Assembly (NCBI RefSeq): GCF_006345805.1
Contig: NC_043016.1
Coordinates: forward strand, 20,708,001-20,772,000
From: Octopus sinensis
Lineage: Eukaryota
Length of the DNA: 64,000 nucleotides
Direction: 5' to 3'
In this document: piece by piece, positions 1 to 12,789 of the stretch
How positions within the stretch are numbered: the stretch's first letter is position 1
Layout of the letters: each line of letters begins with the position of its first letter
Notes under the pieces: model-generated
What the model saw: only the letters and a program-made list of their open reading frames with translations
The model's database searches: none
What the model was told of the DNA's origin: nothing
Position numbers and translations under genes: made by a program

Positions 1-765
1 CTTACCTAGAAAGGAATACTGAAGAGTGTTAATATCAGTAGAAGACGGCGTGGGTTTACCTAGAGTAGACTCCCATGTAGGTAACAGTGAAGAGAGAGCT
101 TATTAAAAGTTGCTAGAGTCACAGCAAGACATAGAGAAAACAAAAACCCAAACGAAGTTAAAAACCAAAAAAACTACAGAAATTATCTGACTGGCAAGAG
201 AAGGCGTTGCATGGTAGATTCCCAATAAGGCGGCGAGCTGGCAGAAACGTTAGCATGACGGGCGAAATTCGTAGCCGTATTTCGTCTGCCGTTACGTTCT
301 GAGTTCAAATTCCGCCGAGGTCGACTTTGCCTTTCATCCCTTCGGGGGTCGATTAAATAAGTACCAGTTACGCACTGGGGTCGATGTAATCGACTTAATC
401 CGTTTGTCTGTCCTCGTTTGTCCTCTCTGTGTTTAGCCCCTTGTGGGTAGCAAAGAAATAGGTATTTCGTCTGCCGTTACGTTCTGAGTTCAAATTCCGC
501 CGAGGTCGACTTTGCCTTTCATCCCTTCGGGGTCGATTAAATAAGTACCAGTTACGCACTGGGGTCGATGTAATCGACTTAATCCTTTTGTCTGTCCTCG
601 TTTGTCTCCTCTGTGTTTACCCCATTTTGTGGGTAGTAAAGAAATAGGTGGATTCCCAATGATAGTTGCAACAAATAGTAGTTGTGAGACATGACTATGG
701 TGCAGAAAGGGAAGCTGAAAAGGGAGACTGAAAGTTTGTTAGTAGCTGCACAAGATCAAGCATCA
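1..765 (+). mobile_element. Degenerate R4/Dong-like non-LTR retrotransposon fragment, split by a SINE
   Basis: Manual translation gives DWQEKALHGRFP (~189-224) and, after the SINE, KLKRETESLLVAAQDQA (~710-762). These match WQEKPLYGKYP and LKSETEGFIIAAQDQ in the 1250-2134 ORF. Confidence 0.7.
227..646 (+). mobile_element. SINE family A, with an internal tandem duplication of its 3' ~185 bp
   Basis: Head AAGGCGGCGAGCTGGCAGAAACGTTAGC and core GCCTTTCATCCCTTCGGGGTCGAT recur elsewhere in the window. Flanked by GGTAGATTCCCAAT (213-226) and GGTGGATTCCCAAT (647-660), a candidate TSD with 1 mismatch. Confidence 0.85.
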
Positions 766-1098
766 TAGCCATGTGTTGAGAGGGATTGTTTGGGGTTTGA
801 ATAATTCACTTCTGGAAACATGGGTGCTTCGTTCAACATCCTTAAACAGACCTTATTCAGGGAACTTTTGAGCGGGATGGGTTACTCGACCAGAAGAAAA
901 TTCTGACTGGGGCCCCCACCTGCAATGTGATGCGCTGTTTATCTTGATATGAGATCACCATGTCGCGCACGTATGGTTGTGATGCATGTGCCTAGTGTAC
1001 CCTTATCAGACGGGTAGTCATGATGGGTATACTGGGCTTCGTATATTTGTACCGCAGTGTCACTTTGGTGGCATGCACCGCTCTATCACATAATAACA
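766..1098 (+). repeat. Unclassified interspersed repeat ending in a microsatellite tail
   Basis: 943-1098 is similar to 27103-27260 (CTTGATATGAGATCACCA...CACATAATAAC). Confidence 0.6.
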
Positions 1099-2431
<1,333 letters not shown>

Positions 2432-2457
2432 ATAATAATAATAATAATAATTATAAT

Positions 2458-2544
<87 letters not shown>
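2432..2544. repeat. (AAT)n microsatellite, tail or target of the R4/Dong element
   Basis: Directly visible. Confidence 0.97.
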
Positions 2545-2560
2545 TGATGAACGAAACGGA

Positions 2561-3022
2561 AGTCTTTATTCAGTACGACGATCGTTTCGATCCCTCCCGC
2601 GACTGTCCTTTATGGGTGGGATATTGTGCATCCAACTGCATCGATTGGTACAGTCTGAGTCACATCAGCTATATGCATACATAAAGTCATGTCGCGCAAA
2701 ATATATTGAGTTCTCTCAATCATGTTGATGATTGCTCGCTGTTCCATGGTTAAAACCTAGCAAATAGAGCAAGCTACAGTTGTCCATATAATGAATAGTC
2801 AAACAAAATAATTGTTAACATAAAAATATAAACTATAAAAAAATGTAGGAAAAAATGTACAAGACAAAATAGAGACACGTTAAAGAAAGATTAGATTCCA
2901 TGAAGTTTGAAGACGGGTAGACTACACTTGCTAACATGAGCAGATGTGCAGGTGCATAGATGCACATACACACACACACACACACAAACACACACGCACG
3001 CACATACGCACGCACACACACG

Positions 3023-3069
<47 letters not shown>

Positions 3070-3132
3070 CATCCCACTCATAAAGGATAGTCGCAGGAGA
3101 GGTCGAAACGATCGTCATACTGAATAAAGACT
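2561..3132. repeat. 62-bp inverted repeat pair (2561-2622 / 3071-3132) enclosing a (CA)n tract
   Basis: AGTCTTTATTCAGTACGACGATCGTTTCG...GGTGGGAT versus ATCCCAC...CGAAACGATCGTCATACTGAATAAAGACT, with a handful of mismatches. Confidence 0.85.
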
Positions 3133-3314
3133 AATGCCAAGTCTATCTTTTATTATTATCTCAACTAACACTGCGGAATTCCTGAAGTAAATCCAGCGGA
3201 AATACACCCAACCGTGGATGACACCAGGTAGCCCAAACTAAGAACGTGCTTTACTCAACACACTAATTGACATATACCCATTAGTCCCAAAAATTACATA
3301 TATATGTATGTGCG

Positions 3315-3342
<28 letters not shown>

Positions 3343-3345
<3 letters not shown>

Positions 3346-4940
3346 TTTTTACTTGATCTGTCCCCCTCTCTCTCTCTCTTTTCTCTCTATTCATCTTCTC
3401 TTTCCTCTGATCCTTTGGTCTAGTCTTCCACTACCCTCCTATTTCTTTGTCTCGCTCTGCACTCACAGGTCATTCTTCGACACCCATCCCTTCTCCTCTC
3501 TGATTCCTTCTTTCTCTCTCTTCTCTCTCTTTGTTGCGTTTTGTTCCCCTTTCTCTCTCTCTCTCTTCCTTTGCTTCTCTTTCTTTTCTTTTCCCTCTTC
3601 TCTGTCACGTGACTGTTGGCCGAAATCTGCCTTTCAGCTCCTGACCCTCGTCGTGTTAACATCGTTGTTTTTCGTCCGCCGCTATAAAGGCTTTTTCCAA
3701 TGCGCCAGAGAAAAAATTGTTTGCTTGTTATCAGTCGTAAGACACTTGTTGTTTTCACCGTTAATGCTTCTGTATTTCATGTTTCTGTATTCCATTATTG
3801 TTTTTTGTTTTTTTTTTATATCTGTCCCTTTTGCTGTCCTGGTGTTCGTATGCATTCGATCCTTCTTCCAGGAAATCTACGCTTCCAGCTTAGTTTTTCT
3901 AATGCTCGTTGCTTAGTTTTTCTTGGAGGGCTGGCCGTGATCTAGTAATCTCAAGATTAATCAGCCGAAATTACTACGATGATCCGGTTCTTGACTGAAG
4001 ACTGAGGGGTTCGAATGTCCTGTCCATGTTTATTGTATCGTCTTCTAAGAGTTATACGTTCTTGTCCATGTTGTATTTTTCTACATACCTTAACATATAT
4101 TCCAGGCGCCCCGTACCCCCCTTATCATTAATGTGAACACATATTCTTAATAATTGGTACGACTCTCTGTTTGTCTCTCTCTCTCTCTCATTTTTACTTG
4201 ATCTGTCCCCCTCTCTCTCTCTCTTTTCTCTCTATTCATCTTCTCTTTCCTCTGATCCTTTGGTCTAGTCTTCCACTACCCTCCTATTTCTTTGTCTCGC
4301 TCTGCACTCACAGGTCATTCTTCGACACCCATCCCTTCTCCTCTCTGATTCCTTCTTTCTCTCTCTTCTCTCTCTTTGTTGCGTTTTGTTCCCCTTTCTC
4401 TCTCTCTCTCTTCCTTTGCTTCTCTTTCTTTTCTTTTCCCTCTTCTCTGTCACGTGACTGTTGGCCGAAATCTGCCTTTCAGCTCCTGACCCTCGTCGTG
4501 TTAACATCGTTGTTTTTCGTCCGCCGCTATAAAGGCTTTTTCCAATGCGCCAGAGAAAAAATTTGTTTGCTTGTTATCAGTCGTAAGACACTTGTTGTTT
4601 TCACCGTTAATGCTTCTGTATTTCATGTTTCTGTATTCCATTATTGTTTTTTTTTTTTTTTTTTATATCTGTCCCTTTTGCTGTCCTGGTGTTCGTATGC
4701 ATTCGATCCTTCTTCCAGGAAATCTACGCTTCCAGCTTAGTTTTTCTAATGCTCGTTGCTTAGTTTTTCTTGGAGGGCTGGCCGTGATCTAGTAATCTCA
4801 AGATTAATCAGCCGAAATTACTACGATGATCCGGTTCTTGACTGAAGACTGAGGGGTTCGAATGTCCTGTCCATGTTTATTGTATCGTCTTCTAAGAGTT
4901 ATACGTTCTTGTCCATGTTGTATTTTTCTACATACCTTAA
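3343..4940. repeat. Near-identical direct duplication, 3343-4093 and 4188-4940 (period ~845 bp), unclassified element
   Basis: Copies are near identical by eye and give duplicate ORFs (3308+ and 4171+). Confidence 0.92.
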
Positions 4941-4964
4941 TATATATATATATATAATATATAT

Positions 4965-5011
<47 letters not shown>

Positions 5012-5112
5012 GTGTAGTATGTATGTATGTATGTATGTATGTATGTATGTATGTATGTATGTATGCATGTATGTATATATGTGTATGTGTGTGTATCTAT
5101 CTAATTATATAT

Positions 5113-5480
5113 ATAATAAAGTAAGAGCAGGAAAAAATCACATTAAAAAATCATCGCAGAAGATATACGGCCAAAATAATATTGTATTAATAGATAGATA
5201 TATAAATATATAAAGTATGATTATTTAAGAAGTTTAAAATATCTTATGACCGTTTCGAACAGGAATCTAAAACTGATAATCATTATTAGGTAATACATCC
5301 ACTCGTCAGAGAGAAAAAGTGTGAATTTCCGTGTAGTCAATCGAATGCTATTTTAAGATATATGAAAAAGATGTTGTTTAAAAGTTTTTTAAACAACATC
5401 TATCTATCTATTAATACAATATTATTTTGACCGTATATCTTCTTTTTAATGTAATCTTTCCCGCTCTTACTTTATAATAT
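5113..5480. repeat. Inverted repeat (5113-5200 / 5401-5480) around a Penelope-like tail fragment
   Basis: ATAATAAAGTAAGAGC...AATAGATAGATA versus TATCTATCTATT...GCTCTTACTTTATAAT. Confidence 0.8.
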
Positions 5481-5512
5481 ATATTAGCTCTTATTAAATG
5501 TCTAAATACCTT

Positions 5513-6100
5513 TGTAGTGACCCTATAGCGGTGCGCGCTCGCGCACCGTCCATTTGTATTTCGCGCGTGTTGGTGCCTCTACCAAGGCACAGAAAGGAAG
5601 GGCCCTCTCGCGCATGCGCGAACCACCGGAAGCACGACCCTGGCCAAGGCAGGGGGATCGTAGAACGTTTGACCACTAGCAGCAGTCATCGGGGACTTGG
5701 GACCCAGCGATTGAAGGCGGCGGTCACGATATATTTTCTCTCCGGTTGATAGCAGCAGTCGGCCAAATGCCTTTAACCAAATTGTTGCCGACCACATTCA
5801 ACTTCCCTGTTCGACGCCATCTTGACCCCTTTCTGGTTTAGCGGCTGGACATTGTAAATATTACAATCTATTAACTTTCAGCCTTGCGCGCCCAGAATCA
5901 AGGACATCAGATAACACACTTATTGTTATTGTTACCAAGAAAGAGAATAGAGTAGTTATATATATTTTACGTCTGCGTCTTGTTGTTTCTGACTAGTAGA
6001 ATTCTGGATTGTTAAAGCAACGGCTAGTGAGAGTGATTGCTTTCTTGTACCCCGAAAGTACAAGACCGAGATATTTACTCACACATCAAGTTCGTTTCAC
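5513..6100. repeat. CpG-rich cassette, copy 1 (copy 2 at 7635-8216)
   Basis: Direct repeat with offset 2122; near identical for ~430 bp, then more diverged. Confidence 0.9.
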
Positions 6101-7634
6101 TGGTGACTCCCGACGTGATTCTGGTCTAAAACCAGAGATCACTTATCAACAAAAAAAATCCAGTTTTCTGCGAAGTCGGAACACGATTTAACTTTACGCA
6201 TTCATCTTTCGACGATTTGTTTCCGGCCACCACAAACAGTTGTAGAAGGAGCCCATTTTCTTATTCTACAGCAATGATGACGGACGCCATCATATCAACG
6301 ATGCTATTTCTCTGCCTTCGTCATCATCATCGTCGTTTTTCTACTTCACGTCGTCGCTATCTTCGTCGCCATCATCACTAAGAACGATGTTGTCCCAAGT
6401 CCACTACAGTCGCCTTCCACCACCGTCGGCCTCCACCAAGATGTACATAGCAACTCGCGGAAGTTTGGTCCACTTGCCGTTTGTGCATTAGCACACCAAG
6501 AATTCACAGCCCAGCACTATCTACGAGATTTCTTCTGTTCCAGTTAACCTGTCACAGCATTGAAGCCACAACCGCTACACGATATGTGTTCAACCGGCAT
6601 CTGCATTTTGTGATTTCAACATTTCTGTTACAGAATGAACTGCTATTGTACATCAGGCTATTACAGACTGGTAAATTAATTCTTGTCTGAAATGGCACTT
6701 GAGAGACATTTTTTTCTATGCGCTGTATTTTTTGTATTTTGCTCGGATTCACCTTGTATGTATTTCTGTCGCACACACGTACACACACATAAATGCTCTC
6801 TCTCACATACATACGTCACACATGCTTTTCTCGCTTGTTTGTTCCATGCTAAATTTGCCTTTTGTGGACACCCCTCATTTCTATAGACCCTAGGTCGGTC
6901 ACGTATACATAGAGAGGGTTGTTTGTCCATTATGACGCGCCAGCATGTCATACTTTTGTTCCTATACGAACGAAGCATATAATCGCTTAACCACTGGCAT
7001 ATTCATTGCTGTTTTTTCGGTCTGGCAAGCCCTTATTGCATTTCATGCGCCTTTTGCTTCGCACGTGTATTGCCTTGAATATTGCAACACGTTTGCGCTA
7101 GATTAATTCTTTTGCCGACTCATAGACGTCGGATGTTCACATGCGCTGCGCCATGTTTAGGCGTAATTATTTTTCCCTGTTAGACCACTGTTGGTCACGT
7201 AATTAACAGAGAAAATTATCTGTGTCGCGCATCACACCAGCATGTTTGCACCTTTGCCTTTTGTGTTACTAGCGAGCTTCTGCCAATTCCATTTCCTCTC
7301 CTGCAGCAATTGATTTAACTGCTATTTCGCAGGATCAACCACCTTTAGAGAAGTTGGATTTTAATTTCGTTTAGGTTCATTAACTGTGAGTTTTGCTTTC
7401 CCTCCGCTCCTTTCAGCGGAAGGGTTAATACTTTGTGACGTATACACTTTCATGCATGCACTCTTGATTTTGCTCATTGAGTATTTTTTCTCTTTTTCCT
7501 TTAGTAAATTTCTTGTGTATGTTGTAAATTTTGCCATTATATTAATGTGTGCTATTTAGTTATCTGGTGTCCACCTTGAGTTTTGCAGTCACTACAATAA
7601 GTTTCCTTTCGTGCGTACGCACTGGAGGGGAGCC

Positions 7635-8216
7635 TGTAGTGACCCTATAGCGGTGCGCGCTCGCGCACCGTCCATTTGTATTTCGCGCGTGTTGGTGCCT
7701 TTACCAAGGCACAGAAAGGAAGGGCCCTCTCGCGCATGCGCGAACCACCGGAAGCACGACCCTGGCCAAGGCAGGGGGATCATAGAACGTTTGACCACTA
7801 GCAGCAGTCATCGGGGACTTGGGACCCAGCGATTGAAGGCGGCGGTCACGATATATTTTCTCTCCGGTTGATAGCAGCAGTCGGCCGAATGCCTTTAACC
7901 AAATTGTTGCCGACCACATTCAACTTCCCTGTTCGACGCCATCTTGACCCCTTTCTGGTTTAGCGGCTGGACATTGTAAATATTACAATCTATTAACTTT
8001 CAGCCTTGCGCGCCCAGAATCAAGGACATCAGATAACACACTTATTGTTATTGTTACCAAGAAAGAGAATAAAGTAGTTATATATATTTCACGTCTGCGT
8101 CTTGTTGTTTCTGACTTGTAGAGAATCTGGATTATTAAAGCAACGGCTAGTGAGAGTGATAGCTTTGTGCACCCCAAAAGTGCACGAGGATATTCACACA
8201 CATAAGTTCGTTTCAC
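7635..8216. repeat. CpG-rich cassette, copy 2
   Basis: Matches 5513-6100; the duplicated ORFs in the track reflect this. Confidence 0.9.
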
Positions 8217-8599
8217 CTTTAATGTTTTAGACATTACCCTAGCAAGAACACTTACTCGAAATTCAGTATACTGTATTCTCATTGAATATATCTCTTGGTT
8301 TGCTATGTTGTGTGTGTGTGTGTGTGTGGCGTAGATTCTAATTATATCAGAAAATTATTGTGAAAAATATTTTTCCTCGGAGGATATTCGGAAAATTCAC
8401 ACAACTCGGCTATGTTTCCTCATAATTTCAGAAAAATAAGTATTTTTTTATGAAGTTTTCTCCAAATATATTTCAGATTATGAAGATTACGATTATATCA
8501 GAATTCAATATGAAAAGAAATTGGCAGGGTTCGCATACATACATACTGACATACACCACATATATCTACGAAATGAAATATGAAATTTTGATAAAAAAA

Positions 8600-9128
8600 T
8601 TGTGAAATTTGTGACTGTGTAATGCCCATTTCTGTCAAGGAAATATACATTGTTCTGGTGCAAGAGCTCCGAACTTTTGCGGCAAAATCTCTTCCTGAAC
8701 CCCTTCAAAACTTGTTGTCTGTCTGGCCAGTGAGAACTCAGTGGGGGTAAATAACGCCCTTGCTGTCGAAAAGGGGTACCAAGATGTGCTTCTCCGTAGG
8801 CTCACTTTGCTTGACTTCTTGTGCCATACAAGTTAATATATAAGCAATCTAAGTTTCTGTAGCATTTTTGCCCTGTTAAACAGAACTTTATTGCATAACG
8901 AGCTTCTAAATTGTCTTCTCGTCCCGACCACGTTCTGTAAAACTAGTCAACTGTGACAAGTAATGTTTAGTAGGCTATGTTCAAAGTGCTGTTACAGCCG
9001 TTTCCATCAATCTGGAATGGCAGATCAGCTTCTTATATAGTAATGATATTCTAAAATTACAATAATCTAGGAGGGTTATAATGGCCTCTCAAAAAAAAAG
9101 GCTCGCGACTTTTGGAACGCACATCGTA
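8600..9128 (-). mobile_element. Internally deleted mariner-like transposon remnant
   Basis: Minus-strand translations EDNLEARYAIKFC...GKNATET and FDSKGVIY...GFRKRFCRK...HQNN resemble mariner transposase. TIR-like TACGATGTGCGTTCCAAAAG at ~9128. Confidence 0.65.
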
Positions 9129-10227
9129 CCAGTATACATGGCGTACAAATAATGAATGCTGATGGTAATTATTCAGTCCTCCATCTAGAGCTAATCAAAG
9201 AACCTCAAAGATTCAATATCCCTTTGGACACTGCAATGTCATTCTCTGACTTGCAGACACACTTAGAAAGATTACACCACTCTTACCATCTTCATCACTT
9301 TCACTTAATTCATTCAGCATCCGTTTCTCCACTCCTAAGTGAAACTTGAAAAAGTCGACGTGGGTTTTACCAAAAACGAACATCTCTGGTGTCAAACATT
9401 TCGAACGTGTTCCATTATAGAATGTCTTTCGTTACAGACAGCATAGAAAGGAAAACTGCTTCTTCTCTTACTCATTTAAAGGGAAGTGATAGAGTAATCA
9501 ACATGGTAGACTCGACTGACGGTCCGTCCCGTCTCACACGCGAACAGTTGTTCGACACAACTCCACATGTCAGAAATACCAGGGAGTTGAATAAATGCGT
9601 ACAAGACGGTTTCATCTCAGATAAGCCGGTTTAACGGCACTTTCATGCCCGTAAAGTTTATCTCGTAAAGTTGAGCCCCTCGGTAGTAGTGCATGATCAA
9701 TGACTTCTGAATGTTATCGATAATGATCGCCAATCCAAAAGTTCTCCCAAACAAACTAAACTGCATTTTCGTTTGACACTCAGTTTCCTCGAAAACGTCA
9801 TCACTTTTTTTCCGCCATTAAACCTCTATAAACAACTACAATGGAACAGGCACCGATCCTGTTACCTCCCTTGTAGAGGACGATTAAAACATTTTAGCCT
9901 CCGAGCTCCTCATCTTGGTTTTTGCTCTTCCCTAACAGACTGCAGCTCCATTGAGGAGATGCTCAAAGGCGTGCCTCACAAACACGATCCAAAACCATTC
10001 ACCATCGACATTTTTTCTACTGAAGGTGCAACTTCAGCGCATGTCTGTGCATCAGCCATCAAGGCGTGCTTAAGCCGCCATGCAGAAAGTGTTGTCAGCT
10101 GATGAACCGCCCGTCTAGTGGAATGTGTCCTTCCCACAATAAGTTAATTAACAGACGCTAAAATTTGATTAGGTGATGGCTGGAGTAAGGCAGGAGAGTC
10201 AGGTGGTACACAATAACGAAAATGATA

Positions 10228-11220
10228 CAGGCATTCACCATCTTCCTTTCAGGGACAGATCTCTTTCGACCATACCCACCTCAGAACTGACTGTGTTTTC
10301 CCACACGGACTTCTTGCCGTTTCAGCAAAATGAACGCCGGCAAAGCGCCAGTCGGCATCATTTACGGTCCTGACTACGACGGTATCTGATCGCCTTCGAA
10401 TTTCTGACTTTCACTTTTGATCAATGTAAACTCGCTTGTCACTTGCCTTCAGTGCTGTGCGTCAGGTTGGTCAGACTCGCTCTGAGCAATCTAATTTTTT
10501 CACGGTAATTATACAAGCTGCTCGGACACTCGGTGAAAGAGAGCCCTCTGAAGAAGCTGAAACAACTATGAATTGGGTGCAAGACTGCAGGTCTCGAAAG
10601 AGTCCGGCGCCGTTATTTTTCGTTACTATCTCCCCGTACCACTCGTGGATAATTCACGCTGTTGTTGCCTTCGTTGGATATAGTCACCGTTTTGCTTTCT
10701 CCCTCTCTGGATTCAAACCCTAAATTCCCGTCACATATTTCCATCACTGTTGGCACATGTAAGTCGCTGAAAGTTTGACATTGCAGACTCACGAGGGCTC
10801 GTCGAGCGAAATCTACTCGATTCTAACTTGTACGCTCGTACTGACAGTTACCCAGTCACCAAAACTCGAAGGGTGTGACGCCGCCACGAGTCGCGAGTGC
10901 GACGACTGCTGTGGCGGCCCATCATTGTGAAAGTTAACCGCACTGTAGCACTTGTCCGCCGAACAGGCGCCGACGATGAGAGACCGAGGTGACTGTCGAA
11001 CCCCTTTTTTCGGCCCAATGCCCGAGTACGACCTGCGATCGCAGCTTTGGTTTCGTGTATTATCTCTAGAATTGCAAGTATTATTCAGCCTCCTAGTGGT
11101 GAGGAATACGGTCCTTCAGGAAAGGTCAAGTTCCTGAGCCATTTGCGATTTCACCATTCGTTCACAGCATGGTTTAAGCTTTGAGATAAGCATATGAGTA
11201 GTGTTAAGATCAACTAGAAA
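10228..11220 (-). pseudogene. 18S rRNA: Decayed 18S rRNA copy (5' and central domains) with internal deletions
   Basis: The minus strand shows colinear 18S motifs: CTAGTTGATC..CATATGCTTATCTCAAAG (5' end, 11220), AATTCTAGAGATAATAC, GGGAATTTAGGGTTTGAATCCAGAGAGGGAG, GACTCTTTCGAGAC, AAAAAATTAGA, GAAGGCGATCAGATACCGTCGTAGTC and GTATGGTCG. Confidence 0.9.
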
Positions 11221-12730
11221 TCAGTGGCGAGAGTGAGGATAACAGCGACACAGAGCAAAGGCAGAAGAGAAAAATGACAAGGGAAGAAAATGGTGGTTTC
11301 TCGGCAACAGCCCTTTTTTCCCTAATACCACAAACAGTGTGAGCGCATATTTGTTATCGCTCTTGTTGAAGATGAGGTGGGCTTAAACCACTGAAGAACC
11401 GCTTCTACCCGCGATAACATGAACCGATCAAACACTGACGACTGCGACTTGAAGATCTTGTGTTGATCGTTGAACGTTCGCGCGCACGTGGCCCCAACAA
11501 GCAAACAGTTGCCTATGAAAAATCGCCTGTTTGTTAGGGCTGTGAGGAACAGGCGGAAACGAGAGTTGGTCAAAACCGATAGCAACGCATGAAGCTACCT
11601 CAGATCTAAGTGTGCAACCGTTAAGTAAGCCGGGTCGAAAGTGAAACGAAGTGAAACGAAGTGACCGCGAAATCGGACGGAGTGTGCACCGTCTGTGATT
11701 GTGCCTCCGAAACTAGTTACACCGTACTCGTCCGCTGCTGCGTCGGTCTGCAGCCTGAGTGTAACAGGGAGCATGACGATTGGCGGGACTATTGTCGCCG
11801 GAGTGAAGCGGTATCACCGAATAACGAAGCAAAAAGTATCATGAACGCGAACAGGAACACGTTCATGATAATTTTCGCGACGGTGGTGCAGCGATACCCA
11901 TAAGTCCCACTAGTAATCCATTCTGGAAAGACAATGCTGCTCTCTTGCTTGTCAGCATAACACCGATGACGGATCTGAAAGTGATTGCTAATTCGTTCAC
12001 TGCGATGTAGCGACAAAGCATGAAGACAGTAATATACTCTAGCCGAGTCCACGACTGGAAAGAAAATAGCAAGTGCCTCCGCGATGGGAGAGGTGCAACG
12101 CACAGTGCACCCACTATGATTCAGCAGCATTCGGCGAGGACGTTGCGACATGCAACACTCTTCGCGGCCAAGGGTTTTTTTTCTGTACTTGTTTCAGTCA
12201 TTTGACTGCGGCCATGCTGGAGCACCGCCTTTTAGAGTGGTGAAAGAGTACAGCAGGGATCACCACCTCCTGCCGGAGCCTCGTGGAGCTTTTAGGTGTT
12301 TTCGCTCAATAAACACACACAACGCCCGGTCTGGGAATCGAAACCGCGATCCTCCGACCGCAAGTCCGCTGCCCTAACCACTAGGCCATTGCGCCTCCAT
12401 TGGCAAAGAACGAAGAAGAAGACACGAGTGAGATGCCGGGCGAGTGTTCTGTCGCTGCTAAGGAAAACAGCACGATGGTGACAGCGAACATGGGCACGAA
12501 ATGCCAGGAGGAAGTCGTTGTCGGAAGCTGGGCACGACGATTGAGGGAGCGACGGAATTCGGCGGCGAGTGTGAAACGGAGCCCAGGTTATGGGTGACTG
12601 TGACAGCAAGAGATATCAAACTTTCTTCTGATGCTACCGAACAGTGACCAACGAGGAAACGGAAACGGGCTGGCAAGTTTCCTGCTGCTGCTGAGCATAG
12701 GACGGGGGCGGAACAACTCTGATTACGAAT
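11221..12730 (-). other. Putative decayed rDNA 5' external transcribed spacer
   Basis: CpG-rich, non-coding, non-repetitive sequence directly upstream of the 18S 5' end. Inferred from position only. Confidence 0.45.
12174..12398 (-). mobile_element. SINE family C (tRNA-derived head)
   Basis: Minus strand GGAGGCGCAATGGCCTAGTGG (A box)...GGTTTCGATTCC (B box). Tail GCTCCAGCATGGCCGCAGTCAAATGACTGAAACAAGTA is shared with family B. Confidence 0.85.
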
Positions 12731-12789
12731 AAATCGCTCTCTCTCTCTCTCTCTCTCTATATATTATATATATATATATATATAATATA

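Noticed and set aside
3995-4030. CTGAAGA...CGAAT as a hammerhead
   Set aside because: GAAA is broken and no stem I pairing was found.
3308-4792. 200-aa hydrophobic ORFs resembling membrane proteins
   Set aside because: They arise from CT-rich tracts in a duplicated repeat, and the frames differ between the copies.
6985-7427. piggyBac element (TTAA-CC ends)
   Set aside because: The two ends are not inverted repeats of each other and no transposase motif was found.
9152-9349. ORF faintly resembling a PB1 domain
   Set aside because: Too short, with no splice context and weak similarity.
9110-9410. 5.8S-like words (GAACGCACAT, TTCGAACG)
   Set aside because: They are short and on the opposite strand to the 18S copy; one is better explained by the mariner TIR.
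10546-10570. CTGAAGAAGCTGAAAC hammerhead-like word
   Set aside because: It is the antisense of the 18S pseudogene and has no stem I or III; chance match.
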